This document shows, one piece after another, positions 1-7,361 of a stretch of DNA of 20,035 bases. Position numbers and translations under genes: made by a program. The notes below the pieces were generated by a model. It saw only the letters and a program-made list of their open reading frames with translations, did not search any database and was not told the origin of the DNA. The stretch spans positions 1-20,035 of the forward strand of contig JBBCAX010000324.1 of assembly GCA_051382335.1 (NCBI GenBank). Direction: 5' to 3'. Each line of letters starts with the position of its first letter. The first letter of the stretch is position 1. This stretch comes from Deltaproteobacteria bacterium TL4 (lineage in GTDB: Bacteria; SAR324; NAC60-12).

Positions 1-131
1 TGATTGCATGGTTCATTCGGGTGAGAGGGTTAACATGATTTTTGAAAAATTGTTAATACACTACTCCTGATTGAGTTGCAATTTCTACTAATTTTTAGAC
101 AGGGTGGCCGAACTTACGACCAAGCCCTTTA

Positions 132-866
132 TTGCCATCTCAAATGATTGAAATTATTGAGTTATTGAATGAGGAGGGCCTTGCTGTACTCAATGTTTCG
201 CTAGCGGGACATGGCGCTAATTACGACTCGACATCTTATCGTCCCACCGCCTCCGCACGGATGGAATCGTTTCAATCCGTAACTAAAGAGCAATGGCAGA
301 CAGAAGTTTATGACGCTTATGGTGAGGCCAGAGCCCTAAGTCAGCAAAAACAACTGCCCCTATTTTTTGTCGGATTTTCTATTGGAGGTTTGATTGGCTG
401 TGATTTATTGGTTTCTCATCCTCGTGTCTGGTTTGATAAAATGGTCCTCTTTGCTCCGGCTTTGAAACTCCGTTTTGCTCCTCATCTAAGTCGAATTGTT
501 GCACCTTTTCCCCGAATGATTATTCCCAGTTTCACTCCCGACACTTATCGCTCAAATTATGGAACGCCCCTTGCCGCCTATAATGCCTGCTTTCAATTAT
601 TAAGACACTTTGAATTATACTGTTCGCGAAAGCTGGACATTCCAACCCTGATTTTTCTGGATCGAAAGGATGAATTTATTTCCTATTCCGGGTTGCGAAC
701 AATGATTCATGTGTGGAGTTTGAGTCGATGGAAAATAGCGGAAATTCACAAAACTCCGAGTTCTCGTGCTTACCGGCATCACCATTTAATCATTGATTCC
801 AAAACCGTAGGAACAGAAACATGGGAACAGATGAAAAATAAAATCAGGGCTCATTTATTCGTGTGA
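132..866 (+). CDS. Alpha/beta-fold hydrolase (lysophospholipase/serine esterase-like), possibly 5'-truncated
   Basis: SLAGHG motif, nucleophile elbow GFSIG, candidate Asp (KDEF) and His (HHL). The start is uncertain and no N-terminal HG oxyanion motif is present in frame. Confidence 0.75.
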   Translation: MPSQMIEIIELLNEEGLAVLNVSLAGHGANYDSTSYRPTASARMESFQSVTKEQWQTEVYDAYGEARALSQQKQLPLFFVGFSIGGLIGCDLLVSHPRVWFDKMVLFAPALKLRFAPHLSRIVAPFPRMIIPSFTPDTYRSNYGTPLAAYNACFQLLRHFELYCSRKLDIPTLIFLDRKDEFISYSGLRTMIHVWSLSRWKIAEIHKTPSSRAYRHHHLIIDSKTVGTETWEQMKNKIRAHLFV

Positions 867-915
867 GTTGTCTGCGTTCATCCTATCGTTGTTTCTGTTT
901 TATGTAATCAGGTCC

Positions 916-988
916 TTTTAACGCAGAGTCGCAAAGAGCACTGAGGAACGCAGAGAAATAAAACTAAATAATTTCCTCTGCGTTAAAA
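916..988. repeat. Inverted repeat with ~9-bp CGCAGAG-type tandem units, between convergent genes
   Basis: ttttaacgcagag (916-928) and ctctgcgttaaaa (976-988) form a perfect 13-bp IR. Internal units are cgcagag, cgcaaag, cactgag, cgcagag. Confidence 0.7.
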
Positions 989-1006
989 AGAAACTAAGCT
1001 GAAACA

Positions 1007-2062
1007 CTAAGCGGTTAAGAATGATTTATAAATTTGGATGAATTGACGGGTTGAAGACACCGTTCCTACATTCATGCGAAACGTGTGCGCAATTGGGGGC
1101 GCCATGGGACGTACCAAGATGCCTTTCTGTTTTAAGAATGTAATCGCCGTTTGAATATCGCCCTTAGGAACGACTAGCATGTAATGAGCGTTTCCTGGGA
1201 AATAGGTGACGCCATATGCTTTGAAAAACTGTTCCAGTTCCGGTTTTGCCTTTAACATCACCTCGTCAACCACTGCTTTCCAGGGTTCGGGGTTCTCCAG
1301 TTGTGCTGTCGCGGCAATAAGCGCCATCATGTTGACATCGTAAGGACCTCGAATCTTGTAAAGGTGTTGAATGAATTCGGGGGCTCCAATGGCATATCCC
1401 AGACGTAAGCTGGGCATGGCAAAGGCTTTTGAAAAAGTACGGGTAATGATCAGGTTTGAATATTGGGGGAGTAACGACACGCAGCTTTTTTGTGTGAACT
1501 CAAAATAAGCTTCATCCACCAAGACTGGCAGCTCAGGATAAGTTTTTAAAAAATATTCAATCTGCTCCAGGCTGGCAGAGGTGCCTGTTGGGTTGTTAGG
1601 ATTGATGATGACCAATAAACGTGTTTGGGAACTGACGGCAGACTGTATGGCTTCAAAAGGAAAACTCATATCTTCGTTGTAAAAGGGGGAAACCATTTTT
1701 GCGCCTAGCGTTCCCGCAATTTGGAAAAACATACTGAAGCCCGGTTTGGCTAAAACCATCTCATCCCCGTCCTCAAGAACACACCTTAGAATGATGTCTA
1801 TGGCTTGGTCCGAACCATTGCACAAAATTAAGGAATCCGGGGAAACGTTTACATAACGTCCTAAAAGATTCAAAAAATCTCCGTATGAGGGATAAATATG
1901 TAAATGATTCTGCTGGAGATAAGCCATCAAGCGATCCACAACATGGGGCGGCAGAGCAAGAGGGGATTCGTTAAAATCCATCAAAATAAATTCTTTGGGG
2001 TTCCTCCCCTCCAAAGGGGGTTTATACGTACTCAATTGTGCAATCGTTTTTCTTATTTTCAC
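1007..2062 (-). CDS. hisC: Histidinol-phosphate aminotransferase (class I/II PLP aminotransferase)
   Basis: MDFNESP, NGSDQAI, NPNNPTG, DEAY and the PLP-lysine motif RTFSKAFAMPSLRLGY. GTG start, 351 aa. Confidence 0.85.
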   Translation of the reverse strand: MKIRKTIAQLSTYKPPLEGRNPKEFILMDFNESPLALPPHVVDRLMAYLQQNHLHIYPSYGDFLNLLGRYVNVSPDSLILCNGSDQAIDIILRCVLEDGDEMVLAKPGFSMFFQIAGTLGAKMVSPFYNEDMSFPFEAIQSAVSSQTRLLVIINPNNPTGTSASLEQIEYFLKTYPELPVLVDEAYFEFTQKSCVSLLPQYSNLIITRTFSKAFAMPSLRLGYAIGAPEFIQHLYKIRGPYDVNMMALIAATAQLENPEPWKAVVDEVMLKAKPELEQFFKAYGVTYFPGNAHYMLVVPKGDIQTAITFLKQKGILVRPMAPPIAHTFRMNVGTVSSTRQFIQIYKSFLTA

Positions 2063-2152
2063 GGGATTCCTTATTAATTTTTTGTAGGCCAGGCCCTCTC
2101 TAAGCTTTTGCCATTCCGCAAAAGCGGCTCACTCCGCATTTCGGACAGCTAC

Positions 2153-2791
2153 CTAGCGATTTCCTCTGAATAATCGACGTACTGGCAACACGGTATCCAT
2201 AATATTTTCCATCAAAGAAGTCGGCTTTTCTCCAGGAAATGTTTGGTCTAAATAGGAAAGAATATCCTGAATTCCATCCATCCACAAATCCCCGTGTTGT
2301 AGAACCGGTAATTTAAAGCGCCCCATTCGCTCATTGATCTCATGGATGTACTCAGACTTTCGTTTGACCGTAATGGCTTCATATTTCAATTGTTTCCGCT
2401 CCAAAGCGGAACGTATTCTTTTGCAGGAAGGGTTGTGCTTTTCCTGAAACAGGACCAGCGGCACAGATGTTGACGGTTTCGGAGGAGAGACCACCATGGA
2501 AATGAAACTGTCTGCTCCTGTACCCGATAGGGACGTGTTGCCGCCTAATGCTTTTTTGGGAGACTTCACGGTCTTGGGACTCGAAACTTGAGCTCTTGGG
2601 TGGGAAGCTGCCGCCTTCTTCTTTCGCTCATGTTTTTGCCATAAGTGGAGTATTTCTTCTTCCAACACCTTTGAGCCAATGTTGCCTTGCTTTTTAAGCA
2701 CAGTACCACGACTTCTTCCAAGCTTTTCTGAAACAGCGGCTTGGGAACCATATATTGTGATGAGCTCATCCAATGCTTCCAGGGCAGTCAT
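2153..2791 (-). CDS. Protein with a C-terminal GST-N/glutaredoxin-like domain and a possible N-terminal HTH
   Basis: C-terminal LFQEKHNPSCKRIRSAL...KLPVLQHGD...DILSYLD resembles the thioredoxin-like GST N-domain. GGAG lies 6 nt before ATG 2791 (the ORF track starts at 2803). Confidence 0.65.
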   Translation of the reverse strand: MTALEALDELITIYGSQAAVSEKLGRSRGTVLKKQGNIGSKVLEEEILHLWQKHERKKKAAASHPRAQVSSPKTVKSPKKALGGNTSLSGTGADSFISMVVSPPKPSTSVPLVLFQEKHNPSCKRIRSALERKQLKYEAITVKRKSEYIHEINERMGRFKLPVLQHGDLWMDGIQDILSYLDQTFPGEKPTSLMENIMDTVLPVRRLFRGNR

Positions 2792-2868
2792 GAACATCTC
2801 CAATTAAAAGGTGATAGAACGATTTCACGGGTATAGTTACCTAAACAATAGCATCGGATAGAAGAACC

Positions 2869-3158
2869 ATTATCATTTAGATCAGAGGCACACTCTTTAA
2901 TCACTTGCTGAACTTGATAGCCTCTGGCATTGCAGTAGGAACCAATCTGTCCGCTTGAGCATCCAAATTTTTCTTGTTTTCAGAGGAAGAAACACGGGCA
3001 TCGCAAACGACATGTTCTGTTCGGAGTTGATCGTCAGGTAGAAGAACTTTACCATAGTTGCTCTTGAGGGCTCCAGGAATTTTGCCGACTTTGAAATGGT
3101 TCCATGCGGTTCGATAGTGAATCCGGTTTTCTTGAGCTTAGTCTTTCAACGTTTTCAG
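2869..3158 (-). pseudogene. IS607-family serine transposase TnpA pseudogene
   Basis: Manual translation: LKTLKD*AQENRIHYRTAWNHFKVGKIPGA...VVCDARVSSSENKKNLDAQADRLV/(frameshift)SYCNARGYQVQQVIKECASDLNDN. This is a MerR-like HTH plus the (Y)ARVSS serine-recombinase motif, with an internal stop, a frameshift and a truncation. Confidence 0.85.
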
Positions 3159-3318
3159 TGATAATCTGATTATAAATAATTACATTCTTTTTCTATCAGG
3201 TTCTGTTACATCAGTCAATGTTTATTATACCTATAGTACTAGGAATCAGGTTTGGTATTGTGTTGATATTATAAAATATTATGAGATATTCTTCCTTTAT
3301 TTTTTAAAAGAGATGCCT

Positions 3319-3444
3319 ATGAAATTGGAAGAATATCAGTTTAGTTCTGGAGAAATTAAAGAACTTGAGCAGTACCGAGATAAGCAACCTGATTCTCGAC
3401 TCAAACAACGTTTTATCAGCTTACTGATGTTGGCTGAAAAATAG
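3319..3444 (+). pseudogene. N-terminal stub of a probable IS630-family transposase
   Basis: MKLEEYQFSSGEIKELEQYRDKQPDSRLKQRFISLLMLAEK* resembles IS630 HTH N-termini (from recollection). The TAG stop is supplied by the first 3 nt of the repeat starting at 3442. Confidence 0.55.
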
Positions 3445-3629
3445 ACATCTTTCCAAAATATAGTGTTCCAGAAAAGTATTTTGGACTGGGAGCGCAGGCG
3501 TCCCGCCTGCTTTTGCGAGCAAGAGGCCCGCGTTCCCAGGAAAGACTTATCTGAAAGTCTATAGAGCCTGGATTTTAAAGGATTTGTGGGTATGAGCCTC
3601 CTCCTTTACAGTTTTTCAGAATTTCAAAT
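3442..3629 (+). repeat. Repeat A, copy 1 (TAGACATCTTTCCAAAATA...GCCTGGATTTT...TTTCAAAT), interrupted by a MITE
   Basis: Collinear with 3776-4186 once each copy's insert is removed. The first 19 nt are identical. Confidence 0.8.
3461..3561. mobile_element. 101-bp MITE with TA duplication (IS630/Tc1-mariner-like) carrying a CTGGGAGCGC-type REP-like doublet
   Basis: IRs tagtgttccagaaaag and (rc) tagactttcagataag match 12/16. TA lies at 3459-3460 and 3562-3563. The sibling repeat copy shows the empty site (caaaaTAaagcctgg). Internal inverted hairpin pair at 3486-3510 and 3515-3539. Confidence 0.75.
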
Positions 3630-3652
3630 ACACAGGGATCCCTTTGAAAAAA

Positions 3653-3775
3653 GGCTCTTCGAGATTTCCCGTGGTTTTTTATTTCTATAAATGTTAATAA
3701 AATCAAATTACTGTAAAATTCTAACATTTATTGAATAAGGAATCATGGCAACATTTGAAGTGGAATTGGATATAT
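3653..3775 (+). mobile_element. Probable ISL3-family left end and transposase start, truncated
   Basis: Begins GGCTCTTCGAGATTT (GGCTCT-type terminus typical of ISL3). 10-bp IR at 3687-3696/3722-3731. RBS AAGGA and ATG 3745 give MATFEVELDI, cut by repeat A copy 2. Confidence 0.45.
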
Positions 3776-3869
3776 TAGACATCTTTCCAAAATAAAGCCT
3801 GGATTTTAGCGAGTTCACGGGTATCCTCCTCTTTTACAAAATTTTCGAGCTGTGCAGGTGGTTTGAAAA

Positions 3870-3984
3870 TTAACCACGAAAAACACGAAAAACACGAAAT
3901 AAATGATTTTTTAATAAATGAATTTCTCCGTGAACCCCTATTTTGCAGGTTTTATTTCGTGTTTTTAGTGTTTTTCGTGGTTAA
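3870..3984. repeat. 34-bp inverted repeat built from three 9-bp CACGAAAAA units
   Basis: 3870-3903 ttaaccacgaaaaacacgaaaaacacgaaataaa pairs with 3951-3984 at 33/34, with a 47-nt spacer. Confidence 0.9.
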
Positions 3985-3990
3985 AAAAAG

Positions 3991-4141
3991 GGCTACTGGT
4001 CTAAAGTGGGACAAAAACGTAGGTTGGGTAGAGCGTAGCGAAACCCAACGAAAAACGGACATTACTGCCTGGATGTTGGGTTTCGCTACCGCTCTACCCA
4101 ACCTACTGAAATGATGGCTGTCCCGTCTTAGGCCAGTAGCC
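3991..4141. mobile_element. 151-bp MITE (GGCTACT...GGGACA ends, 8-bp TSD, IS1595-like) carrying a GTAG REP doublet
   Basis: IRs ggctactggtctaaagtgggaca and (rc) ggctactggcctaagacgggaca match 19/23. TSD AAAAAAAG at 3983-3990 and 4142-4149. Confidence 0.85.
4019..4106. repeat. GTAG-type REP doublet (REPIN-like)
   Basis: gtaggttgggtagagcgtagcgaaacccaac (4019-4049) and its inverted copy (4075-4106), which differs by a 1-nt insertion. Each arm has a GTTGGGT/ACCCAAC hairpin. Confidence 0.9.
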
Positions 4142-4206
4142 AAAAAAAGGTACCTGCACAGGTGGAAAATTTTCAGTATTTCAAATGTATTGTAAGGAGG
4201 ACCTAT

Positions 4207-4307
4207 AGGGTGGGCAAGAGACTAATCCCCAATCCCTATTCCCTAATCCCTTGAAATGGCAACTTCATTAGATGGGGAATTGGGAATGTTATTTATGAGC
4301 CATTCCT
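4207..4307. repeat. Heptamer tandem/inverted repeat element, possibly with degenerate IS ends
   Basis: Four 7-mers (taatccc caatccc tattccc taatccc, 4223-4250) and two inverted copies (4274-4287). Flanks agggtgggcaagagactaa and (rc) aggaatggctcataaataa match only 10/19. Confidence 0.55.
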
Positions 4308-4395
4308 TAGTAAAACAAGATCCCGCCCAAGCGGTGAATCTATTTTTGTGTCCAGGGAGCGGTGTTTTTTTAGAGGCAAAGTGGTAAAAACGCCC

Positions 4396-4425
4396 TTGCT
4401 CATTTTATTTAAAATTTGCTAATAT
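4396..4425 (+). promoter_or_regulatory. Candidate sigma70 promoter for the 4558 gene
   Basis: TTGCTC-N18-TAATAT with a TG extended -10. Confidence 0.3.
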
Positions 4426-4557
4426 CAAGATTACGATTAAGATCACGAATCGCGAATGATCGTCGTAGAATCAACTCTGTTCCGCCTTGCGTGGATGCCT
4501 AATGTTCTCATCATTCCAAGTCTTTTGAGACCAACCCTGTTTAGTGATTGACAATTT

Positions 4558-5820
4558 ATGGAATCTACACCGACGAGCCAAATCAAAAATTCAAGTTCTA
4601 ATGTAAAACCGTCCGCGTGTTATTTAACCGCCAAGTTCAATCCGGCAATGACGGATTGTATTCCGGATCTGGGGGATTTTTACGCGAATGAACTCAAGTT
4701 AAGACGAGAGGAAATAAAGACGCACTCCAGTGGTCTCATCAACTCCGCGGGTCGACTTTTTCAATCGATCCTGGGCACCAAAGCGGATATTTCAAGTCAG
4801 AAAAGCGCACGAGTTTCGGGGTTGGAAATTGCCGCGTTTACCAAGCAAAACATGGTTGCGCTTACCAAACATTTAGAAAAGAAACCGCTGACTCACGCGA
4901 AACGCTTGCTGTTGGTTTCACAAGTCTCAAAAACGTCAGGGCAATACAATTTGACTCAATTGAGAAAACTTCTCATGCAAGCCTCGGTTCCTCCCTGTTT
5001 GGGGTATTATAATGTGGCCAATATCAGAACGATTCAAGAACTCTATGGTCTTTATTTGGGCGAGTTGCAAAAACGCATGGCTCAGGAACTGGAAAAATGC
5101 GACACGGCGATGATGAGGCTCGCGGATGAAGCGAAAGATGTGACCCCTTATAAAAAATTGAGGGTCCGTCTTAAGCGAAATCTGGATCTTATCGAAAAAA
5201 CGATTAAAGGCCTGCCCGCGAAATTAAAAGAAAAAGATAAGGGCGATCTGTCATTAACGAGGGACAAGCTGAATCAGGCGGTTGATGGTACGATCTCCTT
5301 AATCAGCAAAAACCTGGAACAAACCAGAAAAGACCTGGAAGATAAGTTGATTCACCTGGTTCGCGCGATGGCCATCCTTCCCTTTCTTCATTTTGAGTTG
5401 TTCGAACTTGCCAGGTTTTCAGCTAATTTGGTTTCAAAAAGTCCTTTCCCCGCTTATTTGGAGGCGTATATTTATTTAAAGAAAATTCAGCAGACCGTCC
5501 TGTTGTTTGAATGTGAATTTCCTGTGCAAAAACGGATGTCTACGGAATTTCAAAAATGCCTCCAGGCTTTTGCTCTTGCTACCAAACAACTTGCTCAGAT
5601 TCCAGAGCGGAATGTGGGACATCGTCAGATTCTGCTGGATCATGCTCGCTGCTGTCTTTTGGCCTACAGCATGAAAAACGCGCTCAATATGCCTCCTGCC
5701 GCCGCAAAAAAACTGGCGCAAGCCGGATTTCAGTCTTTGAAAAATTCTCAACTTCCACGTGAAGAGGATACCGGTAAGCTGCATGATCGGTATCTGGAAA
5801 TCATCATTGCTTCCGATTAA
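4558..5820 (+). CDS. Hypothetical protein, largely alpha-helical (420 aa)
   Basis: Long ATG ORF with Leu/Lys/Ala-rich helical composition and no recognised motif. Confidence 0.75.
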   Translation: MESTPTSQIKNSSSNVKPSACYLTAKFNPAMTDCIPDLGDFYANELKLRREEIKTHSSGLINSAGRLFQSILGTKADISSQKSARVSGLEIAAFTKQNMVALTKHLEKKPLTHAKRLLLVSQVSKTSGQYNLTQLRKLLMQASVPPCLGYYNVANIRTIQELYGLYLGELQKRMAQELEKCDTAMMRLADEAKDVTPYKKLRVRLKRNLDLIEKTIKGLPAKLKEKDKGDLSLTRDKLNQAVDGTISLISKNLEQTRKDLEDKLIHLVRAMAILPFLHFELFELARFSANLVSKSPFPAYLEAYIYLKKIQQTVLLFECEFPVQKRMSTEFQKCLQAFALATKQLAQIPERNVGHRQILLDHARCCLLAYSMKNALNMPPAAAKKLAQAGFQSLKNSQLPREEDTGKLHDRYLEIIIASD

Positions 5821-5825
5821 AGTCT

Positions 5826-7358
5826 CTAAAAAGGAGGGGTGTTAAGGTTTTTACGGATAAGGGTGTGGAGCAAATTTTTGATTTTCAGATAAAGGGCCTG
5901 TTTTTCCTGACGGTGTCCAGAAAAGAGTTCCGCGAACAGACGAAGTCCCATCATTCCGGCAAAAACCAGACACCCTCCTGTCATTTCAACCCAACGACCG
6001 GGTTGGTACCAGTACAGATAGAACGGCCAGAGCAACGCTACTCCAAAAAGCACAAAGGAGAGCTCAATGGGAGCAAGAATCGCTCTCCAGTTGAAATCGA
6101 GCAACTTTCCATAAACCCGGTTAATGTATAAAGTCTGCGGAAAGGTCGCCAAGCGCGAAAGTCCCGCACCCGCATCTCCAAAAAGGAGCATTAGGGGATA
6201 AATAAAAACGACGACAAATAAGGCTTCTAACCAGTTAAAAATGCTGGTTTCTTTTATGTTTTTTAACGCTAACAGGCCAAAGAGAGGAATAAAGGAATGG
6301 CAGTAAGCCAAGTTTTGTAGAGAGGCTAAGATCACAAATATTCGTGAACGTTCTCCAAATTCAGGCGTGACCATTAGTGTCATCATCAGCGGTGCAAAAA
6401 TCAGCATCCCCAAGCTGAAGGTAAAGACTATCAGGCTGACCACCCAGCGTTGAAGATAGTCGATTTGTTTCGCTTTGTGGAGGGCATTGGCGCCTTCCGC
6501 GGAAAGTACAGGAAAATAAGTTCGGCAAATTCCATCCAGGAGGAAGACAATCAGTTCCCGGAAGCGGTGTACCATAGCATAGACAGGAAGTGTGGAAACT
6601 CCTCCCCAATAACCCAAAATAAGACGATCTACCTGGCCATGCAGAGGGTCCGCCAGCGAGCCCAGATAGGCGGTTCGGGTAACAACGGGCATTTGAGACA
6701 GGAGCCGAAAGGACAAATTAGGCAGCCAGAACTTTTGCGTGATACGGCAAGCATAGAGATAAAAATGCAGGCTTTTTAATAAGCCCATGACAAACAGGCT
6801 CAAGCCGTAATTCAAAAGCGTTGGAGACACCCACGCCATTCCAAGGACAACCAGGGGGGTCACGAATTCATAAATCCCTTTGAGGGTATTGGCTAAGACG
6901 ATTTTCTGTTTTCCATTCAAATAGGCGCTGATGAGGAAATTAAACCGTTGTAGAAAATCGATACCGAGAATCAAGCTCAGATTGAGAAAGAGATCTGCTG
7001 TGTGGAGATGTAAGGGGTTAAGGCCCAGGAATTCAAAGCTGCCAAGCAACAAAAAAACCGCTTCAATCCCCGCATAGGTAAGGCATAAGAACCCCAAGGC
7101 CGCACCTAAGAGGCTTTGGTACTCAGAAAAAGGCGCGTTTTTTCTTTCCGCAACATATTGAGTGACCCCCCTGAAAAGAACAATATTTCCTGTGAAACAA
7201 AATAAAAAAGCGCAGCCCGCCTGAATGTAGTGGAAAAACCCGATGCCCACTTCACCAACACTCTTAATGACATAGCCTAACGACCCCAGCACGAGGAGCG
7301 ACTTTAACAGGGTGAAAAAAATGTGGACCAGGCCGCTCTTGAGTGCGATTTCTAGCAT
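5826..7358 (-). CDS. Oligosaccharide flippase family (Wzx/MOP) membrane protein
   Basis: 510 aa with ~12-14 hydrophobic segments. QVDRLILG...YAMVHR...TYFPVLS is a pattern typical of polysaccharide flippases. Confidence 0.75.
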   Translation of the reverse strand: MLEIALKSGLVHIFFTLLKSLLVLGSLGYVIKSVGEVGIGFFHYIQAGCAFLFCFTGNIVLFRGVTQYVAERKNAPFSEYQSLLGAALGFLCLTYAGIEAVFLLLGSFEFLGLNPLHLHTADLFLNLSLILGIDFLQRFNFLISAYLNGKQKIVLANTLKGIYEFVTPLVVLGMAWVSPTLLNYGLSLFVMGLLKSLHFYLYACRITQKFWLPNLSFRLLSQMPVVTRTAYLGSLADPLHGQVDRLILGYWGGVSTLPVYAMVHRFRELIVFLLDGICRTYFPVLSAEGANALHKAKQIDYLQRWVVSLIVFTFSLGMLIFAPLMMTLMVTPEFGERSRIFVILASLQNLAYCHSFIPLFGLLALKNIKETSIFNWLEALFVVVFIYPLMLLFGDAGAGLSRLATFPQTLYINRVYGKLLDFNWRAILAPIELSFVLFGVALLWPFYLYWYQPGRWVEMTGGCLVFAGMMGLRLFAELFSGHRQEKQALYLKIKNLLHTLIRKNLNTPPF

Positions 7359-7361
7359 ACG

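Larger units (their letters stand above)
3846..4165. mobile_element. Non-autonomous element B with 8-bp TSD, carrying a 9-bp triad palindrome and a nested MITE
   Basis: Ends cgagctgtgcaggt and (rc) ccacctgtgcaggt match 12/14. AAAATTTT lies at 3838-3845 and 4166-4173. Removing the element restores collinearity with repeat A copy 1. Confidence 0.75.
3776..4186 (+). repeat. Repeat A, copy 2, interrupted by nested elements
   Basis: tagacatctttccaaaataaagcctggatttt...cctcctcttttacaaaatttt[insert]cagtatttcaaat matches copy 1 cctcctcctttacagtttttcagaatttcaaat. Confidence 0.8.

Noticed and set aside
886..1009. Possible IS-like ends around the 916-988 palindrome (tgtttctgtttt vs rc tgtttcagctta)
   Set aside because: The match is too weak and there is no convincing TSD.
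3863..4143. ORFs 3863-4114 (+) and 3952-4143 (-)
   Set aside because: They are translations of the triad palindrome, MITE ends and REP doublet, and cross insertion junctions.
3442..4310. Possible CRISPR array or integron attC array
   Set aside because: There are no regularly spaced identical direct repeats with unique spacers, no cas or integrase gene and no cassette ORFs. The repeats are explained by nested IRs and TSDs.
4429..4465. GATTAC/GATTAA/GATCAC 6-nt periodicity
   Set aside because: Too short and degenerate to distinguish from chance.
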